A stretch of 62,886 nucleotides of DNA, filler included. It is 6 parts of 6 records of this genome, joined end to end, with 100 filler letters (N's around TTAATTAATTAA, not from the genome) between each part and the next. Parts side by side here need not be neighbours in the genome. Positions count along the whole stretch, not along the records: positions 32,309 to 54,104 come from SRR31147125_2528; positions 54,205 to 62,886 come from SRR31147125_2597; 4 more parts are not named here. The stretch is one strand, 5' to 3'. The position numbers and the translations under genes were made by a program. A model generated the notes under the pieces. The model saw only the letters and a list, made by a program, of their open reading frames with translations. It was not told the origin of the DNA and did not search any database. Positions 53,273 to 61,011 of this stretch are shown here, piece by piece (within the stretch, counting starts at the first letter, position 1; each line of letters begins with the position of its first letter).

Positions 53273-53536
53273 CTAAAACCACCTAACTATTGTTTGTACT
53301 TATTAAAAAATGAGAATGTATTATTCATAATTTTGCATATTTACTTATTTATCAACAATAAAATAATACTAAACCAACATACAAAAGTCAATGAAGCACA
53401 CAAATAGCTATTACTAAAATGCAGGAATAAATAGTAAATTACGATTATTTGTTTAATCAGTTACATGATATACATAAATATTATTACACCAAATTCTATT
53501 CAGTTCTTTAAATCTATATACTTTACTGATGATAGC

Positions 53537-54103
53537 TTACCCCATAGGAATCTCAATACTGCTCATACGATTAAACACAACCCAGTCTGCATTTTCTGCC
53601 AATGCATCATATCCAATTTCGACAATAATCTTATCAAGCTTTTCATAATCATTTTCAGCATATGCCTTTTCAAACTCAACTTTTGCTTGAGTAAACACCA
53701 TGATCATTCTTTTATACTGACTTAGCTCAACATCAAATTTTCTTTGTTCAAAATAATTATAAAATACCGCACCAACAGATAAGAAAAAATCAACCGCAAA
53801 TAAGAATAAAGAATCAACAACTTCGATTCTTCCAAATTGAACTTGGAAAAATAATAGCACAGCTGATAAAATACCCAAAACAAACAGTGTATTTCTCACA
53901 CCTAAAAACCGTTTAATTTTATCTTTGTTTTCTTCACTCTTTTCACAAAAATAATCTATTTGTCCATTAATCCAGCATAGTTTTAGGTCATGATAATTTT
54001 TGCTTGGCGGATTCGCGCATAGTTCGTAGTTTATATCCATAGAAATATTCCGAATCGCTGCAAGCACCCATCCTAGTTCCCATTCATTCTTTCTAGAATA
54101 ATT
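53537..54103 (-). CDS. C-terminal part of a SLATT/DUF4231-like 2TM membrane protein (5'-truncated)
   Basis: WINGQIDYF, two TM helices, YKRM..VF..A, IGYDALAENADWV..R pattern; frame open to the contig edge. Confidence 0.5.
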   Translation of the reverse strand, partial: NYSRKNEWELGWVLAAIRNISMDINYELCANPPSKNYHDLKLCWINGQIDYFCEKSEENKDKIKRFLGVRNTLFVLGILSAVLLFFQVQFGRIEVVDSLFLFAVDFFLSVGAVFYNYFEQRKFDVELSQYKRMIMVFTQAKVEFEKAYAENDYEKLDKIIVEIGYDALAENADWVVFNRMSSIEIPMG

Positions 54104-54104
54104 A

Positions 54105-54204
54105 NNNNNNNNNNNNNNNNNNNNNNNNNNNNNNNNNNNNNNNNNNNNTTAATTAATTAANNNNNNNNNNNNNNNNNNNNNNNNNNNNNNNNNNNNNNNN
54201 NNNN
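54105..54204. other. artificial contig linker
   Basis: N44-TTAATTAATTAA-N44. Confidence 0.98.
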
Positions 54205-54205
54205 C

Positions 54206-54303
54206 GTATTAATCTAAACATAGTGGAATTTAAATCTTGGAAGTTTGCAAGATGACAATATAAAAAGTCACAAGTATTAATCTAAACATAGTGGAAGTCA
54301 TTA
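54206..54303 (+). CRISPR. trailer end of a CRISPR array: one full 30-bp repeat, 38-bp spacer, degenerate terminal repeat
   Basis: GTATTAATCTAAACATAGTGGAATTTAAAT (54206-54235); spacer 54236-54273; first 23 bp repeated exactly at 54274-54296 then diverging. The GTATT...AAAT form resembles type I-B repeats of low-GC anaerobes; the array is cut by the contig edge. Confidence 0.8.
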
Positions 54304-54426
54304 TCATCGATGTATTTAACGTGTTCAGGAGTAAGCATGTTATTGAGAAGGAAAGAGTTTGGATTTGTTTTTATCAGAGAAAAGCCTTTTAAGAATATTC
54401 ATAGTAAATCATATCATTAAAGTATC

Positions 54427-54454
54427 AAGCCTCCTTTGTTTTGGAGGTTTTTTT
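54427..54454 (+). terminator. intrinsic terminator downstream of CRISPR array
   Basis: AAGCCTCC-loop-GGAGGTTT then T-run. Confidence 0.7.
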
Positions 54455-54707
54455 ATGTACAAGAGCTTGAGGCTACTTTAAATTATTAAAGAAGTTTTCT
54501 AATAAATTGAGTGTTATTTTTATATGAAACTCTCTAATTTTTTCAAAAGAGTACAGAAAATAAACTTAATTGTTTTGCTATAAGATTAATTAACACTTTA
54601 TGTTATTTTTTTTCTGTTTGTATTGAATGAAAAACATAAAAAATGGTACAATTTGAGGTAACGAATACTATAAAAAAAGGATTAAAGAAGCTGAAAGGAA
54701 AAACGAT

Positions 54708-55619
54708 ATGAAAAAAACACTAATCTTGATGTTAATACTAATATCAACAATATTTATCTCTTGTACATCAATTGCAATGAAAAATAATAACGGAAGAGGA
54801 AAAGAAGTACTCAATGCTTTAAAGGACGCTTATCCAGACGATAACTTCTCATTTATCTATGGAATAACAAAAGAAAGAAGTATTGCAACAAATATAAGGT
54901 ATAGAGGAATAATTTATAGTGATAGGTTAAAGGAGCTTAATTATCCCAAAGGATTAGAAGTAGCATTTGAGAGGTTACCTCCAAATGAGGCTAGGCTAAG
55001 TAATGTAGTAAAGGCATATGAAGCTATGTTTTGGCAGGTAGAGATTGACAATATGGTAGAGAAGAAAGCGATAAAGTTATTCGGCGAGAAATGTAACTTA
55101 ATAAATGATTGGTCAATGAATCTTTGGAAATATAGGCATGTTAAAGGAAATATAGCTAAAGAAAACGTAAGTTATGATGATAAAAATGGTGCGTATGCAA
55201 CCATAGTAAATGTGTTTGTAAATGATTTAAAAACATTAGATATAGAAGAATACAAGCAAAAGACCTTTGAGTTATCAAAATATATTTATAATTATATGAA
55301 TTATGTAACATCACTTCAAATATATGTAAGGGATAATAGTTATTTTGAGAATTATGATTTAGTAGTGTCTAGTGTATATAAGCCTTTTAGGGCGAGAGCA
55401 GATATTAAAGCTATTTTAAATAAAATGGAAAATAAAGAAAAATTGTCTGAAATGGAAGAGATAACTTTAGTGAAGAGTTTTAGAAAAGGTGGATTAGATT
55501 ATGATAATACAAAATTTATAAAATTTGATTATTTTATCTATGAAATAGAAAAAATAGAAGATTTAACGTATGAAAAAACACTAAATACAAAAATTATAAA
55601 TAGAAAGGGAAGAAGATAA
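54708..55619 (+). CDS. lipoprotein of unknown function (candidate immunity protein)
   Basis: MKK + hydrophobic + IFISC lipobox; stop overlaps next start (TAATG). Confidence 0.75.
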   Translation: MKKTLILMLILISTIFISCTSIAMKNNNGRGKEVLNALKDAYPDDNFSFIYGITKERSIATNIRYRGIIYSDRLKELNYPKGLEVAFERLPPNEARLSNVVKAYEAMFWQVEIDNMVEKKAIKLFGEKCNLINDWSMNLWKYRHVKGNIAKENVSYDDKNGAYATIVNVFVNDLKTLDIEEYKQKTFELSKYIYNYMNYVTSLQIYVRDNSYFENYDLVVSSVYKPFRARADIKAILNKMENKEKLSEMEEITLVKSFRKGGLDYDNTKFIKFDYFIYEIEKIEDLTYEKTLNTKIINRKGRR

Positions 55620-57820
55620 TGAGGGATATAGTTTACGGGGGATTTGCACAATTAAGTTATTTAAACTGGCATAATTTAACGACTGAATTTTTGAATGAAG
55701 AGATGTATGGTAAAAGAGATTTAAAAACTTTATTCACAGGAAACTTGACTTTAAATCAAATTAAAACCCCAATATACGATAAAGAATGGAAACATGGGGA
55801 TGAGTATTATTTAAGAGAAGAAAATGGAAAAAGAATATATGACGCTAGGGATTCTAGGATTTTCTATTTGTACAGTGAAGACATTATTGAAGCTGAAAAA
55901 AATCCAAAATTTTCTGAAATTGGAGAATGGGAATTCCTATGTGCATATAATCATGAACAAATCAGAGCAGAAGCAGGAGGCATTATTGCATATAAAGATA
56001 GTGGATTTCAAGCTTCCGCCTTTAAAAAAGGAAATCAGGTAATGATCGCATATAGAGGAACTGATGAGGGATTTGATTGGGGGCGTACGAACCTTAGTTT
56101 AGGTACAAATAAATACGTAGATCAATTAACTTGTACTGCTTGGTTTTATGATAAAGTTAAAGAGTTGGCTGGAGAAAATGCAGAGATTCACATTACAGGT
56201 CATAGCTTAGGTGGTTGTCTTGCTCAATTTGCATTTATCTATTCAGAGTGTAAATGTGAAACGAAAACTTGGAATGGACTGGGAGTAGGTGGAGAGTTCA
56301 AGGATTTTAATATATTCTCAACAAACCTTAATCTTGCTTATGTTCGTGATACTTTGGAAGATTTAGATTTTTTAAATGGAGATATGTGGCAAGAAAAATG
56401 TATAAAAGCTAATAGTAGTGATATACATAACATTAGTAAAAGATATATTGAAAAACACAATAATCCACATGATTTTGATGACGGAACAGATCGATATATA
56501 AATCTCGATGAGAGTAAATGCGAAGTATTTGAAAGTGAGATATCGTTTAAACTAAAAGTCCTATATTTATTTCAATCAAACTATAATCGAGCCTGTTCAA
56601 GTTCTAAACTTGAAAATATATATTTTACTAATGATTTAACTCCTAATCTTCAAAAGAGAGCAGGGATAATTACAAAAGCAGATAAAGATTATGAAGAAAT
56701 AGAGGCTGATAAGGGAGATAGTAGCATTTTAAGAAAATTAAAGATGATATTTTTAAAAGCCCCTGCTGCTTATCATTCTGTTGCAAATTTTCTCGCATTC
56801 ATTGATGGAGAAGGGAATATTAAACAAGGTGTATTAAATGAAAATCATATTCTGAATGCTATTAAAACTTTACTTTTGAGCAAAGGAGTATCACAAAAAT
56901 CATTAAAGAGAATAATGGAAAAGGGAAAAATAAATAATGAACCTTTAAAATGGTTAAAAGATGGTATGGAGTCTACTGGTAAAAAGGATATTTATTCTAA
57001 AATGTTATTTGATGTAAAAACTCCTATCATGAAATACCATGATAAAGAAAAACCATGGTTTCAAACAGATGAAGAGTTCGCATACCTAGGTAAATTCTCT
57101 AATCTGTCAGAACTTGCAGGTGTTACATATGGAAGTCCGGAAATATTCAAACTTCGTATTGTTAAACTTGCAGATTTTAATCTCAGCCTTGACCCAGCAA
57201 GTCAAAACTTTATGGAGCAATATGAGGGTAAATATGGTCTTGATGAGAGAGAATCGCCTCTTTATCACTGTATAGATATATTAGACAAAAACAAACCACT
57301 CGCTGAAAGGTATAAAAAAGTATTTGTGTGGAACTTAGCATACCAACTTTTAGTTAGTGGAAAGAAATACCTAGCTAAAAATGGTGAAACAGTTGCAGAT
57401 AGAGATATTAGATTAGAAAACATAAAGGAACTCTTCGAGGAGATAATAGATGGTTATACAAAAACAAGCTATGAATCAGAAGTAAATGAAAGAAAAGCGG
57501 TTTGGCAAAAATGGGGTAATATGGAAACCTTAAAGAAATCCTGTGATTCAAAAGATCAACCTAATTTAATTAAATATATTGAAAGCTACGAAGAGGAGAA
57601 GGAAAAAAAGAAAGCTGCAAATGCAGAAAATGCTAAGGCTCATGAAGCAGCTAAAGAAAAAGAAGAAAATGATAAATTTTGTGCCAAACAAAGAGCATAT
57701 GAGAAACGAATGAAAGAAGTAGCAGTAAATAGAGAAGGTTTAGGTGGTCATGTAGCAACTTCACAAGGTTATTTTTCTAGGGATGAATACTATAATAAAA
57801 TAGAAAAGAGTACATTATAA
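55619..57820 (+). CDS. DUF2974/Lipase_3-like alpha/beta-hydrolase (putative phospholipase effector)
   Basis: SGFQASAF, IAYRGTD, ITGHSLGGCLAQ; no signal peptide; charged helical C-terminal extension. Confidence 0.8.
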   Translation: MRDIVYGGFAQLSYLNWHNLTTEFLNEEMYGKRDLKTLFTGNLTLNQIKTPIYDKEWKHGDEYYLREENGKRIYDARDSRIFYLYSEDIIEAEKNPKFSEIGEWEFLCAYNHEQIRAEAGGIIAYKDSGFQASAFKKGNQVMIAYRGTDEGFDWGRTNLSLGTNKYVDQLTCTAWFYDKVKELAGENAEIHITGHSLGGCLAQFAFIYSECKCETKTWNGLGVGGEFKDFNIFSTNLNLAYVRDTLEDLDFLNGDMWQEKCIKANSSDIHNISKRYIEKHNNPHDFDDGTDRYINLDESKCEVFESEISFKLKVLYLFQSNYNRACSSSKLENIYFTNDLTPNLQKRAGIITKADKDYEEIEADKGDSSILRKLKMIFLKAPAAYHSVANFLAFIDGEGNIKQGVLNENHILNAIKTLLLSKGVSQKSLKRIMEKGKINNEPLKWLKDGMESTGKKDIYSKMLFDVKTPIMKYHDKEKPWFQTDEEFAYLGKFSNLSELAGVTYGSPEIFKLRIVKLADFNLSLDPASQNFMEQYEGKYGLDERESPLYHCIDILDKNKPLAERYKKVFVWNLAYQLLVSGKKYLAKNGETVADRDIRLENIKELFEEIIDGYTKTSYESEVNERKAVWQKWGNMETLKKSCDSKDQPNLIKYIESYEEEKEKKKAANAENAKAHEAAKEKEENDKFCAKQRAYEKRMKEVAVNREGLGGHVATSQGYFSRDEYYNKIEKSTL

Positions 57821-57865
57821 CTAATAAAAAAACTACTTCCAACCAAAAAAATAACATTTTGACAC

Positions 57866-57894
57866 TTGATTTAAAACACGCCATATGCTAAACT
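57866..57894 (+). promoter_or_regulatory. sigma70-type promoter for the structured leader/XRE transcript
   Basis: TTGATT-17 bp-TAAACT with TG extended -10; predicted start ~57901, just where the first long-range stem begins. Confidence 0.6.
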
Positions 57895-58020
57895 TTAATT
57901 AAGGGAAGTTGCAAGTTGATTTAATAAATCATCACTATTTTCGCGAGAAAAAGGTTTTGATACATATAAATTAACTATTTATTGGCAACGCCGTTACAAC
58001 TAAATAAAATATAATGTATA

Positions 58021-58094
58021 AACGAAAAGCCCAGGTTCGGCAAAACCCAGGCTTCTCTAATCGCTACTAGGTAACGTACTACCGTTCGCGACTG
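58021..58094 (-). ncRNA. candidate ~73-nt cis-antisense sRNA with UUGCCG-loop terminator hairpin
   Basis: Starts just downstream of a minus-strand TGnTATAAT; two hairpins. The 11-bp stem 58027-58054 is fully paired only on the minus strand (2 G-U) and is followed by a U-rich tail. Confidence 0.6.
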
Positions 58095-58099
58095 ATACA

Positions 58100-58128
58100 A
58101 TTATAACACAACGATGCTGTTTTGAAAA
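58100..58128 (-). promoter_or_regulatory. antisense promoter
   Basis: Minus strand TTTTCA-17 bp-TATAAT with TG extended -10 (perfect TATAAT at 58100-58105). Confidence 0.65.
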
Positions 58129-58270
58129 GTCTAACTCTCGGCAAAGAGTGAAACTAACGAAACATCTATTTTGTTGTGGCAATCTACTATGAATGAGTTA
58201 TATATACCTCATTCCTGTTTTGTAATACAAAATTGGTAGATTTTAACTAATAATTGTTACATGTTGATAT

Positions 58271-58304
58271 GGTCAAGTGCTTACTTAGTACTTGACCTTT
58301 TTTT
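58271..58304 (+). terminator. intrinsic terminator/attenuator inside the leader
   Basis: GGTCAAGTGCT-tactt-AGTACTTGACC followed by T7. Confidence 0.8.
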
Positions 58305-58488
58305 ATTCTTATTAATACTCTAGCGAAATGAGACTGTAATGATTATTTATGTTGTAACGAAGTTAAAAATATGTAACTTCCCCAATAAAGTCGTGCTGTA
58401 GTAACATTTTTGTCTTCCAATGACAAATACTCACTCATTCATAGCTAAATACAGTATGGCTTCAAAATATAGCACAGGAGGGATATTT

Positions 58489-58809
58489 ATGGAAGGCTTC
58501 ACTATTAGTATAGAACGGAGACAAATTTTAGGTTTTCAGCTTAAGAGGCGTAGAATTATGAGAGAGATGAGTATCGGTGAGGTTCATTACAAAACTGGGA
58601 TAAATAGAAAATATATAAAAGCGTTGGAGAATGGAAAGATTACACTGATCAATCCCAAAATTTTAATTAAATTGGGTGATCTATTGGGTATTCACTATCT
58701 GTCACTATATATGATTATTGGCTATATCGAAACCTACGATTGCGCAAAAGTATTAACTAACTTTAATTACTACAACTGGACTGAAGAAGGAATTATGTAT
58801 GAAGAATAG
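58489..58809 (+). CDS. XRE/Cro-C1-type HTH transcriptional regulator
   Basis: GGAGG RBS before ATG 58489; LG..LKRRR...MSIGEV..KTGINRKYIKALENGK. Confidence 0.82.
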   Translation: MEGFTISIERRQILGFQLKRRRIMREMSIGEVHYKTGINRKYIKALENGKITLINPKILIKLGDLLGIHYLSLYMIIGYIETYDCAKVLTNFNYYNWTEEGIMYEE

Positions 58810-58860
58810 CAAACTACAGGTGCTTGTGGCGTTGGTTGTTGATTAATAACAAAAGAAGGT

Positions 58861-58895
58861 CCCCGCTAATTCAAATTGACCTTGAAATAGCGGGG
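58861..58895. terminator. stem-loop between convergent genes
   Basis: CCCCGCTA..TTCAA/TTGAA..TAGCGGGG inverted repeat. Confidence 0.55.
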
Positions 58896-58911
58896 AGGGG
58901 GGATTATTGGT

Positions 58912-59772
58912 TTAATTTTCAGGATTAAACCAATATTTTTCTACTTCAAATGGAACATCATTTGGAATTAATGGATTATCAACTTTAAAAATTTTACGAT
59001 TTTTAAAATTAGCCTGTTTTACAATATCAGAATAATATTCTAGCCAAATTTTTTCAAAAGTTCCATCATCTATCATCATATTTAATCCTTTTTCCAGTCT
59101 TTCAGCAAAGAGAGTATTTTTCTTAGCTGTGTAGAAATATCTTGGTAGAGGGTAATATAAGCATAAATCCTCTTCAACAGCTAAATTCGTCATATCAGGA
59201 CGTGCTTTTTTCTCTTTGAATGCTTCATGAACTCCTCTGGAGAATAGATCAAACCTATCACTGAGCAACATATTGAATAGACCCTCGTAAGTAGCTCCAC
59301 CGATTACTCTGAAATTATTTGCCTCCAAGATTTTTACATCTGACCATGTTCTTCCCTGTCCTATAGTAAACTTTTTGAGATCGTTCAGAGATGTAGTTCT
59401 GCTAAATTTAGCTTGATTCTTTTTGTCGATTAAGAATAACCGATATCCAAAGAGCCCTTTGTATAGAGGAATCTTAATAGGTAAAAGAGTATTATCCTTT
59501 TCCTTTGTTGCAGAAGTTTCAAAGATGAAATTATCTAATTTACCAATAAAATTAGGCGATGTAGCCCTCGATAAATTCATAATTGGTGATGGAACTAGCT
59601 TGAAACTTCCATATTCATTCTCTGTTTTTTCCATTGCTGTCTTTACCAATTCAAGAGGATACTTAAATCTAACATCTTTGTCAGATGAAGGCGCCCTGTA
59701 GGTAATAGTAAGATTTGCAAAACTTTCAACGGAAAATACCACCAGTAACATAAATAAAATACTTTTTTTCAT
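58912..59772 (-). CDS. extracellular solute-binding protein, family 3-like (paralogue 1)
   Basis: Signal peptide; PIKIPLYKGLFGYRLFLI, GQGRTWSD, RFDLFSRG, LYYPLPRYF; AGGAGG RBS. Confidence 0.8.
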   Translation of the reverse strand: MKKSILFMLLVVFSVESFANLTITYRAPSSDKDVRFKYPLELVKTAMEKTENEYGSFKLVPSPIMNLSRATSPNFIGKLDNFIFETSATKEKDNTLLPIKIPLYKGLFGYRLFLIDKKNQAKFSRTTSLNDLKKFTIGQGRTWSDVKILEANNFRVIGGATYEGLFNMLLSDRFDLFSRGVHEAFKEKKARPDMTNLAVEEDLCLYYPLPRYFYTAKKNTLFAERLEKGLNMMIDDGTFEKIWLEYYSDIVKQANFKNRKIFKVDNPLIPNDVPFEVEKYWFNPEN

Positions 59773-59926
59773 AACCAACCTCCTTATAGTGTAATTTAAC
59801 TTCTTATGTATTATACTTTCTTATTGCATGTAAAACCACTTAAAATTATTTTTTTATTTAATCGTGACTTATTAGCCCTTATTGAATTAAAATTCCTCAT
59901 TTATCCAAAGAGGAATTTAGGGTGAT

Positions 59927-60784
59927 TTAAGGTTTAAACCAATAATTTTCATTATCAAATGGAATATCATCTGGTAATAGTGGGTTATTTATTCTAAATA
60001 TTTTTCTGTTAGAAAAGTCGGCTTCTTTTATTATATCACCATGATATTTAAGCCAAATTTTATCAAATGAACCGTCATGAATCATTATATTTAACCCCTT
60101 CTCTAGCCTTTCAGCAAGGAGGGTATTTTTTTTCGCTGTGTAGAAAAACCTGGGTAAAGGATAGTATAGGCATAAATCCTTTTCAACTATTAGTTTATCT
60201 ATATCTTCTCTAACTAATTTCTCCTCAAATGCTTCATGAACTCCTCTGGAGAATAGGTCGAACCTTCCAGAGAGCAACATATTAAATAGTCCTTCATAAC
60301 TTCCTCCTGTTGTTACACTAAATCCTTCATTCCGAAGTATCTCAACATCTGACCAAGTTCTACCCTGCCCAATAGAGTAAGTTTTGAGTTTAGTTAATGA
60401 ATCTATTTTAGAAAATTCTTCTTGATTATCTTTGTTGATCAAGAATAGTCTATAACCAAAAAGTCCTTTATATATAGGAATTTTAATGGGAAGTAGTTGT
60501 GAATTTTTTTCTTTTGTCGCAGATGTTTCAAATATAAAATTTTCTAAAAGGTCTAGATAATATGGTGATGCAGCTCTAGCTAGATTCATAGGGGGAGAGG
60601 GAGCAAGGTAATATGCACCATACTCATTTTCGGTTTTTTTCATCGCTGTTTTGATTAATTCAAGAGGGTATTTATAACGAATATCCTTTGGTGCAGATGG
60701 AGCACGGTATGTAACAATCATACCTTTACCAAAAGTTATAGAAAAAAACAATAAAAATATTTTAAAAATAATAATTTTTTTCAT
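59927..60784 (-). CDS. extracellular solute-binding protein, family 3-like (paralogue 2)
   Basis: Same motifs as its neighbours; likely start ATG 60784 (MKKIII). Confidence 0.8.
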   Translation of the reverse strand: MKKIIIFKIFLLFFSITFGKGMIVTYRAPSAPKDIRYKYPLELIKTAMKKTENEYGAYYLAPSPPMNLARAASPYYLDLLENFIFETSATKEKNSQLLPIKIPIYKGLFGYRLFLINKDNQEEFSKIDSLTKLKTYSIGQGRTWSDVEILRNEGFSVTTGGSYEGLFNMLLSGRFDLFSRGVHEAFEEKLVREDIDKLIVEKDLCLYYPLPRFFYTAKKNTLLAERLEKGLNIMIHDGSFDKIWLKYHGDIIKEADFSNRKIFRINNPLLPDDIPFDNENYWFKP

Positions 60785-61011
60785 GGCAATTCCTTTCCAA
60801 AATGCTTGTGAAATTAATACTTTAGTTTGAATTTCCAACTAATGTATACACCAATTTACAGAAAAGCGCAAGTATTTAAATTATATATTTTTTATATTGT
60901 TTTCAACAGAATAATTCCTAGCCATTAATAACGATGAAAATTTGTGTTGAATTTGCTAGAAAGTAAATAGTAAGGTATTCGTTTCCTTATGTGGCTTAAG
61001 AATGTGTTTGG

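Larger units (their letters stand above)
57903..58462 (+). ncRNA. unannotated large structured RNA / leader upstream of XRE gene
   Basis: Nested long-range stems 57903-57913/58372-58382 and 57992-58007/58343-58359; 13-bp stem 58388-58400/58450-58462; GNRA hairpin; three-way junction 58181-58242. G-U pairs favour the + strand. Confidence 0.6.

Noticed and set aside
8943-54204. Repeated TTAATTAATTAA palindromes and ORFs running through Ns (e.g. 22388-22759, 22752-23072, 32253-33188)
   Set aside because: Artificial linkers; ORF ends inside them are not real.
53537-54303. Apparent adjacency of the CRISPR array to the TIR/SLATT cluster as a defence island
   Set aside because: Separated by a contig linker and apparently from different organisms.
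57903-58462. Retron msr-msd, group II intron, tmRNA or c-di-GMP riboswitch interpretation of the structured region
   Set aside because: No reverse transcriptase in the contig, no GUGYG/domain V, no tRNA-like ends or tag ORF, and the GGCAAA motifs lack the c-di-GMP-I architecture.
58420-58488. Longer N-terminus for the XRE ORF (ATG 58420)
   Set aside because: A GGAGG RBS precedes ATG 58489, and the upstream segment is part of an RNA stem.
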